The translations under genes were made by a program, and so were the position numbers. Below the pieces are notes generated by a model, which made no database searches, was not told where the DNA came from, and saw only the letters and a program-made list of their open reading frames with translations. From the NCBI RefSeq assembly GCF_006345805.1, contig NC_043000.1:37200001-37264000 (forward strand): a stretch of DNA of 64,000 nucleotides, written 5' to 3'. Source of the DNA: Octopus sinensis. Its lineage: Eukaryota. Of the stretch, positions 61,764-64,000 are shown piece by piece (positions within the stretch are counted from its first letter, which is position 1; every line of letters begins with the position of its first letter).

Positions 61764-62876
61764 TATGCACACACCCAATCCTGAGCCTACCCACACAGCC
61801 ACTCCTGTGTCTATATGCACACACACACGCACACACACATATATATATATATGCATGTGTATGTGCATGTGTGTGAATATACTATTATCATCGTTTAAAA
61901 TCTATGTTCCATTCTGGCATGGTTTGTGTGGTCAGATGCCCATCCAAATGCCAACCACTTTACAGTGTGTACTTATTTGGTACTTTTTCCTGCTACCAGC
62001 ATAAGTGGGGTTGCCTTAAACTCACAAGACAAGAAAAGAATAGAATAAAGCATGATGGAAGGACAAACACAGGATCCTTAGTATGGAGGAGATAAGAGCT
62101 ACTTATCCTGCATTATATGAGAGTGGGTGGGAGTAACTAGGAGAACAAAGATGGTGATGACAAAATGCCAAAGTGAACTCTCATGATACAAGAAAGTGAA
62201 TGTAAGAAGGAAAACAAACTGTGAACTGAGAGGCAAAAGGATGTAGTTTCATAAGAGTAGGGCATAAGATGGTTAGAGGTCAGGGTAGGAGTGAATGCAG
62301 TATGTAATGGGAAGGGGTGGAGGTGTGGTTGAAGGGAAATATCGGTATGGGGGAGAGGATTGAGGTAAGAGAGATAGAAGTTATTCAGGAAGGAGAATAT
62401 TAAGGAGAGGAAAGTAGGAGGAGTGTGATGTGCAAGTTGTAATAATAGGGAGGGAGGGAGGGAGTTGTACATTGACAGAGATGGAGATAAAAGGGATATA
62501 AGGCTGGTTTTAGTGAGTGAAGAAAGAGAGTGTGGGGAGACACTGATGGCAGATATGAAAGGTCATTGCGAATGATGACAGATGTGAGAGGTGTTAAAGA
62601 TGAGATATGTCAGATTGTAGCTGTACATCAGAAGGAGCAGAGATAACTGAAGACACAGACAGGTGATTGGTAAACATAGTGCGGGATGGATGTTAATAGG
62701 AAGTAGTTCTTTGAGAAGGAGGTAACTTGTAATGCAAAAGAGGAATCAAATATGTACTGATAGAAGAATGATGGAGGAATGAATGTTATGAGGATGAAAA
62801 TGTGGGAAATGCTTGACTGGGCCCAGCATGTACAGGTTTAGATAAGGTGCTTACAGGGAACCTTTTGCCATCACAA

Positions 62877-63066
62877 ATGCGTTGTCTCAAGCACAGAAAA
62901 TTGCCAATCATCTCAGTCCGTTGCCATCTCTTCCATGAGACTCAACTTGAGATCAGCCTTCACAAATTAATCCCATGTCTTCATGAGTTTGCCTCTTACA
63001 CAAGTTCCACTCATTTTAAGTAACCATCACTTCTCTATACAGCTGTCTTCATCCATACTCATCACA
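62877..63066 (-). mobile_element. RTE LINE C-terminal fragment
   Basis: Minus strand VMSMDEDSCIEK*WLLKMSGTCVRGKLMKTWD*FVKADLKLSLMEEMATD*DDWQFSVLE; homologous to 46699-46845. Confidence 0.8.
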
Positions 63067-63164
63067 AGACTAAACTTTTATGAAGGTCTTTACGCACCAG
63101 TACCCTGTATGAAAGTTAAAGCATCAACCATCCCCTGCCTTCCATTTCCATTCTCTTCTGGTAG

Positions 63165-63290
63165 GCCCAAGTTTAGTTATATAGTTCTGGGTTTGACCCC
63201 ACTGTGCAGCACCTAGTATAAATGCTTTTTACACAAGTTTCAAGTTGACCAATATCTTATCAGAGGAGTTTGGTCAATGAAAATTGTGCT
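63165..63290 (+). mobile_element. SINE family B 5' portion, degraded
   Basis: gggtttgaccccactgtgcagcacc...gttgaccaatatctt...gtttggtcaatgaaaattg. Confidence 0.6.
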
Positions 63291-64000
63291 TCATTCTGTA
63301 ATGTATGTCTTCATTAATGTTTAGTGGTTTAAAAATCAGTGCTGTGAACTTTAGCATTTTGTCAGAGATCACTAAAGAAAAATTACAAGGCAGAAACATG
63401 TACTAGGGTTGACATGAATGAGTAACTAAGACATGTGAAGACAGTGCCCCAGCATGACCACAGTCCATGTATTGGCAACTTGTATTTTCCATATTCAACA
63501 AATTTTGTTCAATATACTTAATTTGCAAGTTCAGTTTAAAGTTTGTTTCGTTTTTAAGTTCTATAATTTTTGGGCTGGTAACATCCATGTTGAGGATATT
63601 TTTCTGTTTTGTATGCTGTACTTTTTTAATTCCTATGCTCTGTAGCTATAGGTGTGAAATGGTTTATGCTTCAGATTTGATGATTGCATATGCAACAAGT
63701 AGCAGGTGTAAACAAATTACACTAATGTTTCACTCTTATCTTTTGTCCATTAATTCCCACACATTAATATTTCTAATGTCATTGACACTGCTGGATTGAA
63801 TAGTATTGCCCAGGTGTCGAAACTATAGTGATATTCAATAGGCAGCTGATGATGGATATATTCTTTTGATGTTAACCTATTGTATCTTGTGTTCTCATGG
63901 TTCTAAGCTGTCCTTCATTTAAATTCTAGCTCTCGTAATGTTGAAATTGTTTAGGGGTTCTGGTTTATGGTGGTTTTCTTGTATATATAATATTCATTAT

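Noticed and set aside
62100-62860. Purine-skewed tract and 111-aa - strand ORF
   Set aside because: Compositional bias, probably a very old retroelement; no motif firm enough to assign

Overview
AT-rich, microsatellite-dense eukaryotic non-coding DNA (large intron or intergenic). The repeat families look like octopus/coleoid cephalopod repeats; this is recognition from memory, not a database result. No protein-coding gene can be supported: the ORF track is almost all microsatellite translation or decayed transposon. The window is a mosaic of several tRNA-headed SINE families; 5'-truncated RTE, CR1/L2-group and R4/Dong LINE ends; hAT, piggyBac-like, Tigger-like and foldback DNA elements; and one complete ~2 kb non-autonomous Helitron. 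Most notable: (1) a tRNA-headed SINE whose 3' part fits a decayed Penelope-type minimal hammerhead ribozyme (5516-5757); (2) a branch point-polypyrimidine-AG|GTAAGT recursive-splice-like site with two more GTAAGT donors close downstream (55460-55624); (3) a SINE/LINE shared 3' tail with a covarying stem-loop, and one SINE head joined to two different tails; (4) a hAT element with an exact 8-bp TSD splitting an RTE RT frame; (5) a fold-back SINE hairpin whose arms share private variants. Family labels A, B, B2, C and D are my own working names.
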